Source: Bryobacterales bacterium (GTDB lineage Bacteria; Acidobacteriota; Terriglobia; Bryobacterales; UBA6623). From it: a stretch of 64,000 nucleotides of DNA. Position numbers and translations under genes: made by a program. Where the stretch lies: assembly GCA_963422375.2 (NCBI GenBank), contig OY729427.2, positions 704,001 to 768,000 on the forward strand, in the 5' to 3' direction. How positions within the stretch are numbered: the first letter of the stretch is position 1; the number at the start of each line of letters is the position of its first letter. Below are positions 21,859-31,103 of the stretch, one piece after another. The notes beneath the pieces were generated by a model. The model searched no databases. It was given only the letters and a program-made list of their open reading frames with translations, and was not told the origin of the DNA.

Positions 21859-24800
21859 AGCTGACAACCGAGCAGGACCGGGCCGTCCGCAGCTGGCAGC
21901 GGGGGGACGTCTGCGTCGTGGCCGGCCCCGGCTCCGGCAAGACGCGGGTGCTCGTCGAGCGCCTTCGCTGGCTGATAATCGATCGTGAAGTGCCTCCCGA
22001 GCGCGTTCTGGCGATCACGTTCACGGAGAAGGCCGCCCGCGAGATGCGCGCACGGCTAGTCTCGGAACGCGGCGCATCCGCCGGGCAGAAGCTTCTGTTC
22101 GAGGCGGCGCAGGTTTCGACGATCGACGCATTCTGCAACCGCCTGCTCCGAGAGAACGCGCTGGAAGCCGGGATCGACCCGGGATTCGAGATCCTCGAGG
22201 AAGACGAAGGCCGGGACCTGCTGGCGCAGTCCGTCGAGCGGGTCCTAGACGAGGCATTCGTCGGGGCCAGCGAGGCCGCACGCAGTTTCCTCGCGTCCTA
22301 CGCCCCAGCCGCGTCGCGCTCGGGCCGGGCCGGCCAGACGGACCTGGTGAGCGACCTCGCGGGTCTTGTCAGGCAGATTCGCAGTTACGCCGGCGAGCCG
22401 GCCATGCACTACCCGGCGCCCTCGCTGGACGAACTCGGGAACGCCCTCAGGCAGCTCGCCGGCTTGACGCGCAGATCCGACCTGAGCGGGCTAGCCGACC
22501 GTCTGCAAGCGGTAGCGCCGGACACCGCCGGGGAAGTCGAGTCCCTGCTGCGCGAAATCAGACAGGCCATGGTCGGCATGCGGAAGGCCGGCAGGATCAA
22601 GCGCCTCGTGGCATTGATCAAGGACGATCTCTTGCCGGCCTGCTCCGCCGCCGCCTGCGGCGCTGCCCGGCGGGCACCACGCGACTGGCTCCTGGGCGCG
22701 ACTCGTCGCATTCTGGAGGAGTTCAGCGCTGCCAAGGACGCCGCGGGGCGACTCGATTTCGACGATGTCCTAGCGAAGGCCGCCGAAGTGCTGGCGAGCG
22801 ACGACAGGCCCGAGATGCGGTTCGAGCACGTCCTGGTCGACGAATTCCAAGACACCAACCCGCTACAGATCCGCCTTGTGGAACGCCTGCTGGCCGCTCA
22901 CGGAGGAGCCCCCCCGACCTGCTTCGTCGTGGGGGACATCAACCAGTCGATCTACGGGTTCCGGCATGCCGACCAGAACGTGTTCCGCGAGTACCGGGAA
23001 CAGGTCGCCGCGGGCGGCGGGGAGGTGATCCATCTGCTGGAGAACTTCCGCAGCCGCTCCGATGTGCTCGAGGCCGTGCATCGGATCCTGCCGGGCGGGA
23101 ATGAAAGCGGCATCGAGCCGCACCGCCTTGCGAGCGCCAACCGGTTCCCGCCCAAGGACGAGCCGAGCGTCTCGGTCCAGGTCGCCGCGCACGGCGGGGA
23201 ATCCTCGTTCGAGCAGGAGTGCAAGCTGCTGGCGATTCGGCTGAAGGCGCTGATGGCGAGCCTGCGGATCGCGGACCGTAGCACTGCCGAGATCCGCTCC
23301 CGGTCGCTGCAATGGCGGGATATCGCGGTCCTCGTCCGGACCCATGATCGCGTCGCGCGCCTGGCGGCGGTACTGCGCCAGATCGGCGTGCCGTGCCGCG
23401 CCGGCGGCGGACAGCGGCTCTTCCACGCCCCAGAAACCGCCGAGCTGGCCGCGCTGCTCCGAGTCGTGCGGAACCCGCGGGACGAGATCAGCCTGGCGAC
23501 CGCTCTGAAGTCTCCGTTCTGCGGGATCGACGACGCGGCCCTGCTCCGACTCAAGCACGGCCGGCAGAACCTGTTCGAGGCGCTCGAGGGCGAGCGCCTG
23601 CGAGCCGACCTTGTCGGCGAGGACGCCGCGGGGCGGCTGGGCCAGTTCCGAAAGCTGCTCCAGACCTGCCGCGCCGACCGGGCGACCGTGCCGGTGCGCA
23701 TCCTGCTAGCCAGAGCGGTTTCGGACTGCGGCTATCGCGAATTCCTAGCGAACCGGGAAGACGGCCTTGAAGCTGCGGCCAACCTGGACCGGCTGCTCGA
23801 GTGGATCGGCAGTCGCTGTCGACAGGGCGCGGACAGCTTGGACGAGGTGTCGGCGGCGCTGGACGCAGCCATCGAATCGGGCGTTTCCCCGGGTGGTACC
23901 GCGGACCACGGCCGCAGCGGGCAGGCGGTGGAGATCCTGACGATGCATGCCGCGAAGGGCCTCGAATTCCCGGTCGTGGCGCTCATGTCGATGCAGAGCG
24001 AGGCGTCCGGAACGCCGCCCGGCCTGCTCTTCTCGGTCGAGCACGGAATCGGTGCCCGCTGGACGGACCCGCAAGCGTCGAGTCCGGCCCCGGACGCGGC
24101 CTATCGGTTTGCGCTGGCGGACATGCGCAGGCGGGATCAGGCGGAATCGCACCGCCTGCTCTACGTGGCCATGACGCGCGCGGAGGAGCATCTCGTTCTG
24201 AGCGCGGCGTTCCCGGGAGCGCCTCAGAGGCGGCATTGGTGCAAGGCGCTCTTCAACGGTCTCGGGATCAATCCCAAGGAGATCCCGAGCTCGCCCGAGG
24301 AAGACAGGCTCGCCGGGGGGCTGCGCTTCCGCTACCGCCACGCGACCGAGCCGCTAGGGATCGCAAGCGCGACAGGCGACGGGTCGGCGACGGTAGGTCC
24401 AGCGATCCTCAGGCCGCGAGCGCCCTCGGCGCAAGCGGATTTTTCCGCGACGGTCACGTCCGTGGCCGTATTCGCAGAGTGCCCACGGAAGTACTTCCTG
24501 TCGCGCTACCTAGGCCTGGAAGAGGCCCGGCAGTCAACGGACGCCCCGGACTGGGCCGAGGACGACGAGAATCTCCGGCCTGACGGCATGGACGCCTCGG
24601 AGTTCGGGACGCAAGTCCACGAGTATCTCGCGGACCGATCCAAGGAAGCGCCCGCTGAAGTCAGGGAACTGGCCGACAAGTTCAAATCCCACGCGCTGGG
24701 ACGAAGGGCCGCTCGGGCGGAATGGAGCATGAAGGAAATGGGCTTCGTCTTCGCGGTCGGCGACTCGCTGCTCCGAGGAGCCATTGACCTCCTGTTCGAG

Positions 24801-25133
24801 GAAGGCGGCGAGCGCATCCTCGTGGACTACAAGACGGATCGAGTGCCGCCCGGGGGGATGCGGCAGGCGGCGCGAAAATACTCGTCGCAGCTCCAGCTGT
24901 ACGCGGCGGGCCTCGCGAAGTCGCGCCAGCCCGCCGACCGGGCGGTAGTGTTCTTCCTGCGTCGAGGAGCGCCCGTGGACATCGATATCGGCCAGGAAGC
25001 GCTCGCGGCGTCCGCGGAGCTGGCTCGGCAGTTCTTCGACGCCCAGAGTCGGCACGAGTTCCCCACGCGAGCGGGCCCGCATTGCGGATCCTGTCCGCAC
25101 CTCGAAAAGGCCTGCCCGGTGACGCTCCCGTGA
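21855..25133 (+). CDS. addA: AddA-like UvrD helicase-nuclease
   Basis: ATGA overlap with addB; AGPGSGKT, VDEFQDTN, QSIYGFR, TMHAAKGLEF, YVAMTRA and GAIDL...DYKT motifs. Confidence 0.85.
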   Translation: MKLTTEQDRAVRSWQRGDVCVVAGPGSGKTRVLVERLRWLIIDREVPPERVLAITFTEKAAREMRARLVSERGASAGQKLLFEAAQVSTIDAFCNRLLRENALEAGIDPGFEILEEDEGRDLLAQSVERVLDEAFVGASEAARSFLASYAPAASRSGRAGQTDLVSDLAGLVRQIRSYAGEPAMHYPAPSLDELGNALRQLAGLTRRSDLSGLADRLQAVAPDTAGEVESLLREIRQAMVGMRKAGRIKRLVALIKDDLLPACSAAACGAARRAPRDWLLGATRRILEEFSAAKDAAGRLDFDDVLAKAAEVLASDDRPEMRFEHVLVDEFQDTNPLQIRLVERLLAAHGGAPPTCFVVGDINQSIYGFRHADQNVFREYREQVAAGGGEVIHLLENFRSRSDVLEAVHRILPGGNESGIEPHRLASANRFPPKDEPSVSVQVAAHGGESSFEQECKLLAIRLKALMASLRIADRSTAEIRSRSLQWRDIAVLVRTHDRVARLAAVLRQIGVPCRAGGGQRLFHAPETAELAALLRVVRNPRDEISLATALKSPFCGIDDAALLRLKHGRQNLFEALEGERLRADLVGEDAAGRLGQFRKLLQTCRADRATVPVRILLARAVSDCGYREFLANREDGLEAAANLDRLLEWIGSRCRQGADSLDEVSAALDAAIESGVSPGGTADHGRSGQAVEILTMHAAKGLEFPVVALMSMQSEASGTPPGLLFSVEHGIGARWTDPQASSPAPDAAYRFALADMRRRDQAESHRLLYVAMTRAEEHLVLSAAFPGAPQRRHWCKALFNGLGINPKEIPSSPEEDRLAGGLRFRYRHATEPLGIASATGDGSATVGPAILRPRAPSAQADFSATVTSVAVFAECPRKYFLSRYLGLEEARQSTDAPDWAEDDENLRPDGMDASEFGTQVHEYLADRSKEAPAEVRELADKFKSHALGRRAARAEWSMKEMGFVFAVGDSLLRGAIDLLFEEGGERILVDYKTDRVPPGGMRQAARKYSSQLQLYAAGLAKSRQPADRAVVFFLRRGAPVDIDIGQEALAASAELARQFFDAQSRHEFPTRAGPHCGSCPHLEKACPVTLP

Positions 25134-25285
25134 CGATCTGGGGCGACCGGGAAGTGGTGAGTTGAATGTCCATCCCTCGACGCATCAATGCCGCTCCCCG
25201 AGACCAGCATCAATCGACGCCTCCTCGCCCCTCGGGGCGGCACCTAAGGCTTTCGAACACGGGCCAGCTCCGGAGACCGGACGAT

Positions 25286-25995
25286 CTAGTTGCGAGCCCA
25301 TGCCCTCTGCCACGCCGCGAACTCCCGGAAGGTGACTCCGAAAATTGCGTAGTTGCCTTCATTGAGAGTGCCTAGGTCGCTCTCGGCCGCCTGCTGGAAT
25401 CTAGCCTTGCATTCGCCTGCGATGTTCTCATCAATCCACCGGCGAATGAAGCTGTCTGCTTCGTCCCTCGGTGTTTCGCGCCGAATCATCTCTTGTACGA
25501 TCTGGGTCCGCTGGCGGCGATTCCGGATGCGATAGTAGTCAGGTGCGCCGAGCGACTCGCGAATAGCGGCGTAGCGGCTAGCCGAGCGCTCGTAGGCCCA
25601 GACGTATACATCCTTCAACAGAGTGGCGTCGTTAAGTTCTTAGACGGCGAGGGTGGCTTGGATATAGAGATCCCGCGGAACGTCGACGAATGACAAGGGC
25701 GACAAATTGTGCTGGATGAACGGCATGTTGGCGACAAGACGTGACACGCGCCTGTTGACGTCCTCGAAGGGCTGCAAGTTCGGCAGCTGCACCATGAGGA
25801 AGAACGATTGCTCGAAGGGGTCGCGGATCGCCCTCGCCTTGCCCAGGACTTAATCCATGCACTCCCCAATCAGCTGGGCACCTCGCGCGGATGAAAGACT
25901 GATCCGCTGATCCCTACGGGGCGACGTCTCAGCCTTCCGAGCGCCGAACCGTCCGCTAGGAGGTTTCTTGCAAGGATCACATGCAGGTTTCGAAA
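25286..25995 (-). pseudogene. Fic family protein pseudogene, 3' part
   Basis: RNLHVILA...DPFEQSFFLMVQLPNLQPFEDVNRRVSRL...VWAYERSASRY with in-frame stops and a frameshift. Confidence 0.85.
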
Positions 25996-26426
25996 GGGAA
26001 TTATATATCTGAGTGCCGACAACGCCATATCCGACTAGAACTGCTGTGAGCAGGGAGGTGGGTGTCGAGCTGGGGTCATGCGAGTGCGGCCGCGGCGGGC
26101 ACAGAGGGGTGGGGGGTGGGATCGTATCTGAATCGAGCCTGCCAGCGGATTGGACGAGGAAGGGACTAGAGAGGCCACCTCGCATGCCCCGGTTGCCCCG
26201 GTTGCCCCGGTGAAACCCGGTTGGCGGTGGCAGGGCACGCCTTGCAAGCCGATTGCAGGCCCTGCGAGGGCCGAAGACAGCGGATCCCCGGCGCTCGACG
26301 GCCTGCATGGACGGTCCGGACCGGACCGGGGTCGCGCCGGGGCATGCCGGATCCGGTGCGCCCCTCGTACCGAGCGTGAAGCGCGCGCCCGCAGCGGGCT
26401 GCTGCGCTCGGCGCGGCGGGCGCCGC

Positions 26427-27394
26427 TCAGGCCGCGACCGCGGCCTGGCCGGTCAGCTGCCGGTAGGTCAGCGTCCGGCCGACCAAGCCCCGCGCCATGC
26501 GCCGCATCTGTTCCGCCCTTGTTCCGCCGTGTCGCAGTCGCGGTCGTTGCGCCGTCCCGCGAACTCCGTGAGGTAGCGGCCGAGATGACGGACGCTCATC
26601 CGGTGATAGGTTCCGTACAGGCCGCGCTCGAACAGGGACCAGAACGATTCGATGCCGTTCGTATGCGCTGCCCCGCGCACGTACTCGCCGCGGGAGTGCC
26701 TGACGGCTTCGTGCGGGAACTCCGCCATGCCGGCGCAGGCCGCCGCCTCGTCGGAGTAGAGCTGCGCCCCCGGCGCGACGCGGGCGCGCACGAAGCCCTG
26801 CAGGTCGCCCTTGGCGGTGCCCGGCAGCGGCCGCGCGGCCACTGCGTTCGTGGCGCGGTCCCGCGCCCCCGCCACCGGGGTCCTGCCGACGGGCCCGCGC
26901 CCGGCGCGGGCCTTCTTCCTCTCGTGCTTGTTGCGTTCCTTGCCGCCGACGTAGGTCTCGTCCACCTCCACCGGGCCGGCGAACAGGCCCTGATCCCGCT
27001 CCCGGCACGCGCGGATGCGGTGCGCCAGGTGCCAGGCCGACTTCCGGCTGATGCCTAAGTCGCGGTGCAGCTTCATGCTCGAGACACCCTTGATGCCGGT
27101 GGTCAGCAGGAACAGGGCGACGGCCCGGGTGCGGTAGCCGAGCTTGGTGTCGGCCATCACGCTGCCGGTGCGCACGGAAAAGCGCTTGCCGCAACCGCGG
27201 CAACGGTACGGCATCGAAGGGTGGGCCGTGCCGGACTGCACGCTGGAGCCGCGGCAGCGGGGGCATGCCGGACCGTCGGGCCAGCGCATGGAGGCGAACC
27301 ACTTTTCCGCGGATTCGTCATCGCGGAACATGGCGATCACTTCGATCAATGTGATGCCTTTACGGAACCACTTTCCGGGACCTAATTTCTTCAT
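26427..27394 (-). pseudogene. IS1595 transposase, copy 1, C-terminal frameshift
   Basis: Zn ribbon CPRC/CRGC, VEVDETY, SDE and HTNGIESFW motifs; an 11-bp duplication at 26509-26530 shifts the last ~25 codons. Confidence 0.9.
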
Positions 27395-27417
27395 TTACGG
27401 TATCCCCTACTGGAACT

Positions 27418-27447
27418 ATTCTACCAAGAAACACCACAGAATGTCAA
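27418..27447 (-). promoter_or_regulatory. near-consensus sigma70 promoter of the transposase (TTGACA-N18-TAGAAT, extended -10)
   Basis: Seen directly upstream of an AGGGGA RBS and ATG 27394; conserved in copy 2. Confidence 0.75.
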
Positions 27448-27532
27448 CGGAAAATCGGAAGAAATATGAAATCTTATTATGGCTTGATAATTTGCCGACT
27501 TGATTCCCTCGGCACTCAGATATATAATTCCC

Positions 27533-27694
27533 TTTCGAAACATGTTCCGGTTGAATCAATCGTCCACTGCGCTGTTGACGAGAAACGAGATTGCGTCCCG
27601 GTGGTTGACAATCATCTGGGCTTCGATGAGATCCTTGCTTTCAGCCTCCTTCCCGTCGGAAATCAGCCTCTCGGTGTGGAGTCGGGAGTAGGTA
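27533..27694 (-). pseudogene. Fic family pseudogene, middle part
   Basis: TYSRLHTERLISDGKEAESKDLIEAQMIVNHRDAISFLV..*FNRNMF; joins the 3' part in frame across the IS TSD. Confidence 0.85.
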
Positions 27695-27949
27695 GTGCTT
27701 GTTACAAAATCCCTGAATTCTGGCCCGATCCGCATTTCACACTACATCTTGAGGTAGGATGGAGATCCAAACACAACATATAGTGTCCAAGGTCGGAAGT
27801 TGCTCAGCCGCCAATCGCGAAGAATTCCGCCCTCTACCCAGAATCGCCAGGATTTCGGACTAGTCGTAGTATTCCAGCGAAATCTTCGCCTTGAGAGATT
27901 GGACCTAACGTCTTTTTTATCAAGGGGATACGAGTCTTGTCACGGGCGC
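27695..27949. mobile_element. 255-bp non-autonomous element (MITE), ends resembling IS5/IS1182-type TIRs
   Basis: Flanked by TAGGTA direct repeats (27689-27694, 27950-27955); imperfect TIRs GTGCTTGTTACAA/GCGCCCGTGACAA; removal restores the Fic motif SRLEGHTYS. Confidence 0.85.
27739..27786. promoter_or_regulatory. tandem NrdR-box-like operators inside the MITE
   Basis: ACACTACATCTTGAGG (27739) and ACACAACATATAGTGT (27771), 32 bp apart; consensus acaCwAtATaTwGtgt. Confidence 0.7.
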
Positions 27950-28040
27950 TAGGTATGGCCCTCTAGGCGGCTCGAGTTCCACGACACCATCAGGCCTGCC
28001 AGACTCGGCACGGCGATTGGCACAGTCCCATGCGATGATC
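27950..28040 (-). pseudogene. Fic family pseudogene, upstream part (5' boundary uncertain)
   Basis: LMVSWNSSRLEGHT matches the SWNSSRLEGNTYS motif of this Fic subfamily. Confidence 0.7.
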
Positions 28041-29038
28041 GGCCCCTGCATTGCGTCAAGTCCAAGACTACCCGGCCGCTACGCAGCAAGGCCCTATACG
28101 CCAGATACGGCTGCGGATGCGGACTATTCCTGCGGACTCTCAACCATGTGCTGGCAACCCGTGCAGCAATCGGTCGTCGAGCAGTTGGTCCGTCAATGGC
28201 TCTGCTTTCGTCTTGCGGTTGCCAAGCTGTCCCTCGGGTCTCAGCCGATGCAGCTTCCGGAAACCCCTGACAGGAATGCCCCGATCGCGGGCCCCACTGC
28301 GGGGGAGAGACCGTACACCCGCCTCATCGAGCTCTGGGTGCCAATCGGCCCACTCGGGATCACGCGGAGACACCGATGACCCTTTTCCCGGCTCCCAACC
28401 GCCTCCACGCGTGGCTAGCAAGGCCGCTGCGCGAAGCCTCCCGTGCCGCTTGGCTGGCATCTCTCCTACCTGCGGACGCAGACACGGGCAGGCTTCAGCG
28501 GGCGATCGGGACCTGAGGGGACCCGTCGGGGCGCGGCCTCGCATCAACCAAGCGAGACGGTCGGGCGCGAATCCCGTACGGGTCCATGCAAGGCAGCGCT
28601 TCCTAGCTCCCTTCGAGGCGATCCTAGACTTCCCGCCACCGTCCCGCATTTTCGCAGGAGTCGATTCGGTCCATCATGCGACGAACGCTGTTAGCGACTT
28701 CGAGGCGCTCTACGCGCCCTACCGCGTGACGCACTAGAAGCGGATCGACAAGCCCGGGCAGCCGAAGCTCTGGCGCGGAAGCTGGTCCGAAATCTGACCC
28801 GACCCGGCCTCGCGAGCCTGCTCCGCCGCGGGGCCGGGCGGGAAACCTCCTCAATGCCGATGACGCACGCCAGGGAACGGAGCACGGCGGCACCCCGGCC
28901 CCGATTCTTCCCTCCGCGCCTGCGCCGCAGGCCACCGGCACGCGCCTCGCCCGCCCCTCCGAGACCGACCGACAGATACCGACTCCCGATTGGGTCAAGC
29001 CGACGCGCCCGAGTCCGGGACGCACGCAGCCCGACCCG

Positions 29039-30901
29039 CTACGACGCCATGCTCCTCGCAGCGTCGACGATGTGCCGAGCCGAGATGCCGAACCGGTCCA
29101 GCAGCTCCGCGGGCTTGCCGCTGCGCGCGATGCCGCGAACCGCGAGCCGACGCACGCGCGCGCCGTCTTCCGCCAGGGCCGCTAGGACAGCGCTTCCGAT
29201 TCCGCCGTGGGCGTAGTGATCCTCGACCGTCACGACCGCTCCCCCGCAGTCCGAGGCGGCCGCCCGCAGCGTCTCCTCGTCGATCGGCTGCACGCTGAAC
29301 AAGTCGATGACCCGTGCCGCGATCCCCTCGTCAGCCAGCTGGTCCGCCGCTCGCAGCGCCTCGTAGAGCGTCACGCCGGCCGCCACGATCGCGACCCGGT
29401 CCCGCGGGCTGCTCCGCAGCACCTTCGCCCGGCCCACCTCGAACGCCTCGTCCGGGCCATACAGGATCGGTGTCTTGGGCCTGCTGGTGCGGACGTAGAC
29501 GGGACCCTCGACACGCGAGGCAAGCTCGATCGCCCGCCACGCGCTGGTCGCGTCGGACGGGTAGAAAACCGTGTAGTTGGGTTCGGCGCAGGTCATGGCG
29601 AGGTCCTCGAGACCCATCTGCGACGCGCCGTCCTCCCCGATCGAAACGCCCGCGTGCGTGCCGACAAGCTTGATGTTGGTCGAGCTGATCGCGGCGAGGC
29701 GCATGAAATCGTAGGCGCGAGCGAGGAAGCAGGCGAAGCTCGAAGCGAAAGGAATCCTGCCGCGGCAGGCCAAGCCCATGGCCACGCCCACCAAGTTCTG
29801 TTCGGCGATGTAGCACTGGAGCAGGCGACGGGAATCGGCCTTCGCGATGTCGGTGGTGAAGGTCGAGTTGCCCACGTCCGCGTCGACGCCCACGATGCGG
29901 TCGTCCACGCGGGCCAGCGCCGCCAGCGCCGCGCCGTAGGCCTGTCGCGTCGCCACGACCGGCCCCCCGATCTCGTAGGGCGGCCGGACCGCGGCGGCTT
30001 TCGGCTCTGCGGCAGGCGACATCGGCGGTGGAAGGTTGGGCTTCCAGTCGAAGGCGGATCCCGTCAGCTGCGACTGCAGGGACGCGACGGTCTCGTCCTC
30101 CAGCGGCCCGGCGGGAATGGGCTTTCCGTGCCAGCCGTCCTTGTCCTCGGCGCACGGAATCCCGCGCCCCTTGTAGGTCTTGGCGAGCACGACGGTAGGC
30201 GTCCCGGGCGAGGCGCGCGCCGTCGCGTAGGCCTCGAGCAGCGCCGCGATGTCGTGCCCGTCAACAACCAAGGTCTCCCATCCGAACGCCTCCCAGCGGA
30301 CGCGGTACGCGTCCATGTCGTGCTGGAGCATGGTCGGAGCGCTCTGGCCCAAGCGGTTGACGTCGACGGTCGCGATGAGGTTGCCGAGACCGTCGTTGGC
30401 CGCCATCGAGGCCGCCTCCCACACCGCGCCCTCCGCGGCCTCGCCGTCGCCCAGCAGGACCCAGACGCGGCGGTCGCTGCCGTCGAGACGGCAGGCGTGC
30501 GCCATGCCGACGCCCACGCTCAGGCCCTGCCCCAAGGATCCGGTCGCCACGTCGACGAACGGCAGCGTCGTTGGCGGGTGCCCCTCGAGATCGGAATCGA
30601 TCTTGCGAAGGTTCATCAGGTCGGCCTCGGCGAGGTAGCCGGCCTCGGCCCATGCCGCGTACAGCACGGGGGCGGCATGCCCCTTGGACAGGATGAAGAC
30701 GTCGTTCGCCTCGCTGGCCGGGTCCCGCGGGTCGTAGCGCATCGCGTCGAAGAACAGCGCCGCCATGATTTCGGCGGCCGACGCGCAGGTGGTCGGATGG
30801 CCGCTGCCCGCCTTGCTGGTCGACTTCACGGAATGGATCCGCATCCGCGTGGCCCTGTCCTGCAAGGCGGCGAGAGCGTCTTCTTGGTGTGCAACTGGCA
30901 T
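29039..30901 (-). CDS. tkt: transketolase (~620 aa type)
   Basis: SGHPT, ILSKGHAAP, TGSLGQG, GDGE..EG, IAEQN and GEDGASQM motifs; start at ATG 30901. Confidence 0.93.
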   Translation of the reverse strand: MPVAHQEDALAALQDRATRMRIHSVKSTSKAGSGHPTTCASAAEIMAALFFDAMRYDPRDPASEANDVFILSKGHAAPVLYAAWAEAGYLAEADLMNLRKIDSDLEGHPPTTLPFVDVATGSLGQGLSVGVGMAHACRLDGSDRRVWVLLGDGEAAEGAVWEAASMAANDGLGNLIATVDVNRLGQSAPTMLQHDMDAYRVRWEAFGWETLVVDGHDIAALLEAYATARASPGTPTVVLAKTYKGRGIPCAEDKDGWHGKPIPAGPLEDETVASLQSQLTGSAFDWKPNLPPPMSPAAEPKAAAVRPPYEIGGPVVATRQAYGAALAALARVDDRIVGVDADVGNSTFTTDIAKADSRRLLQCYIAEQNLVGVAMGLACRGRIPFASSFACFLARAYDFMRLAAISSTNIKLVGTHAGVSIGEDGASQMGLEDLAMTCAEPNYTVFYPSDATSAWRAIELASRVEGPVYVRTSRPKTPILYGPDEAFEVGRAKVLRSSPRDRVAIVAAGVTLYEALRAADQLADEGIAARVIDLFSVQPIDEETLRAAASDCGGAVVTVEDHYAHGGIGSAVLAALAEDGARVRRLAVRGIARSGKPAELLDRFGISARHIVDAARSMAS

Positions 30902-31103
30902 GTCCGGTACCGGGTGGATTGTATTCAAGAATGGGCCGCAGGCCGGGAGCGTCCAAAGGGACGGACTCGCTGTCGGGCGTGACACCGACCCAGGCGCTGC
31001 GAAATCGGTTCGGCTTGGATGGGACGGGAATGCCCGTGCCCTGAGCGCCGAACATTCATCATAGCCTGCGCCCCGGGCGTCCGCCTCGCCGCCTACCGGG
31101 CGG

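Larger units (their letters stand above)
25996..27532 (-). mobile_element. IS1595-family insertion sequence, copy 1 (1537 bp)
   Basis: Perfect 24-bp TIRs GGGAATTATATATCTGAGTGCCGA; 8-bp TSD TTTCGAAA at 25988-25995 and 27533-27540. Confidence 0.96.

Noticed and set aside
26185..26211. CRISPR-like or functional repeat array
   Set aside because: A 9-bp unit x3 without spacers, absent from copy 2; no CRISPR array or cas gene seen in the window.
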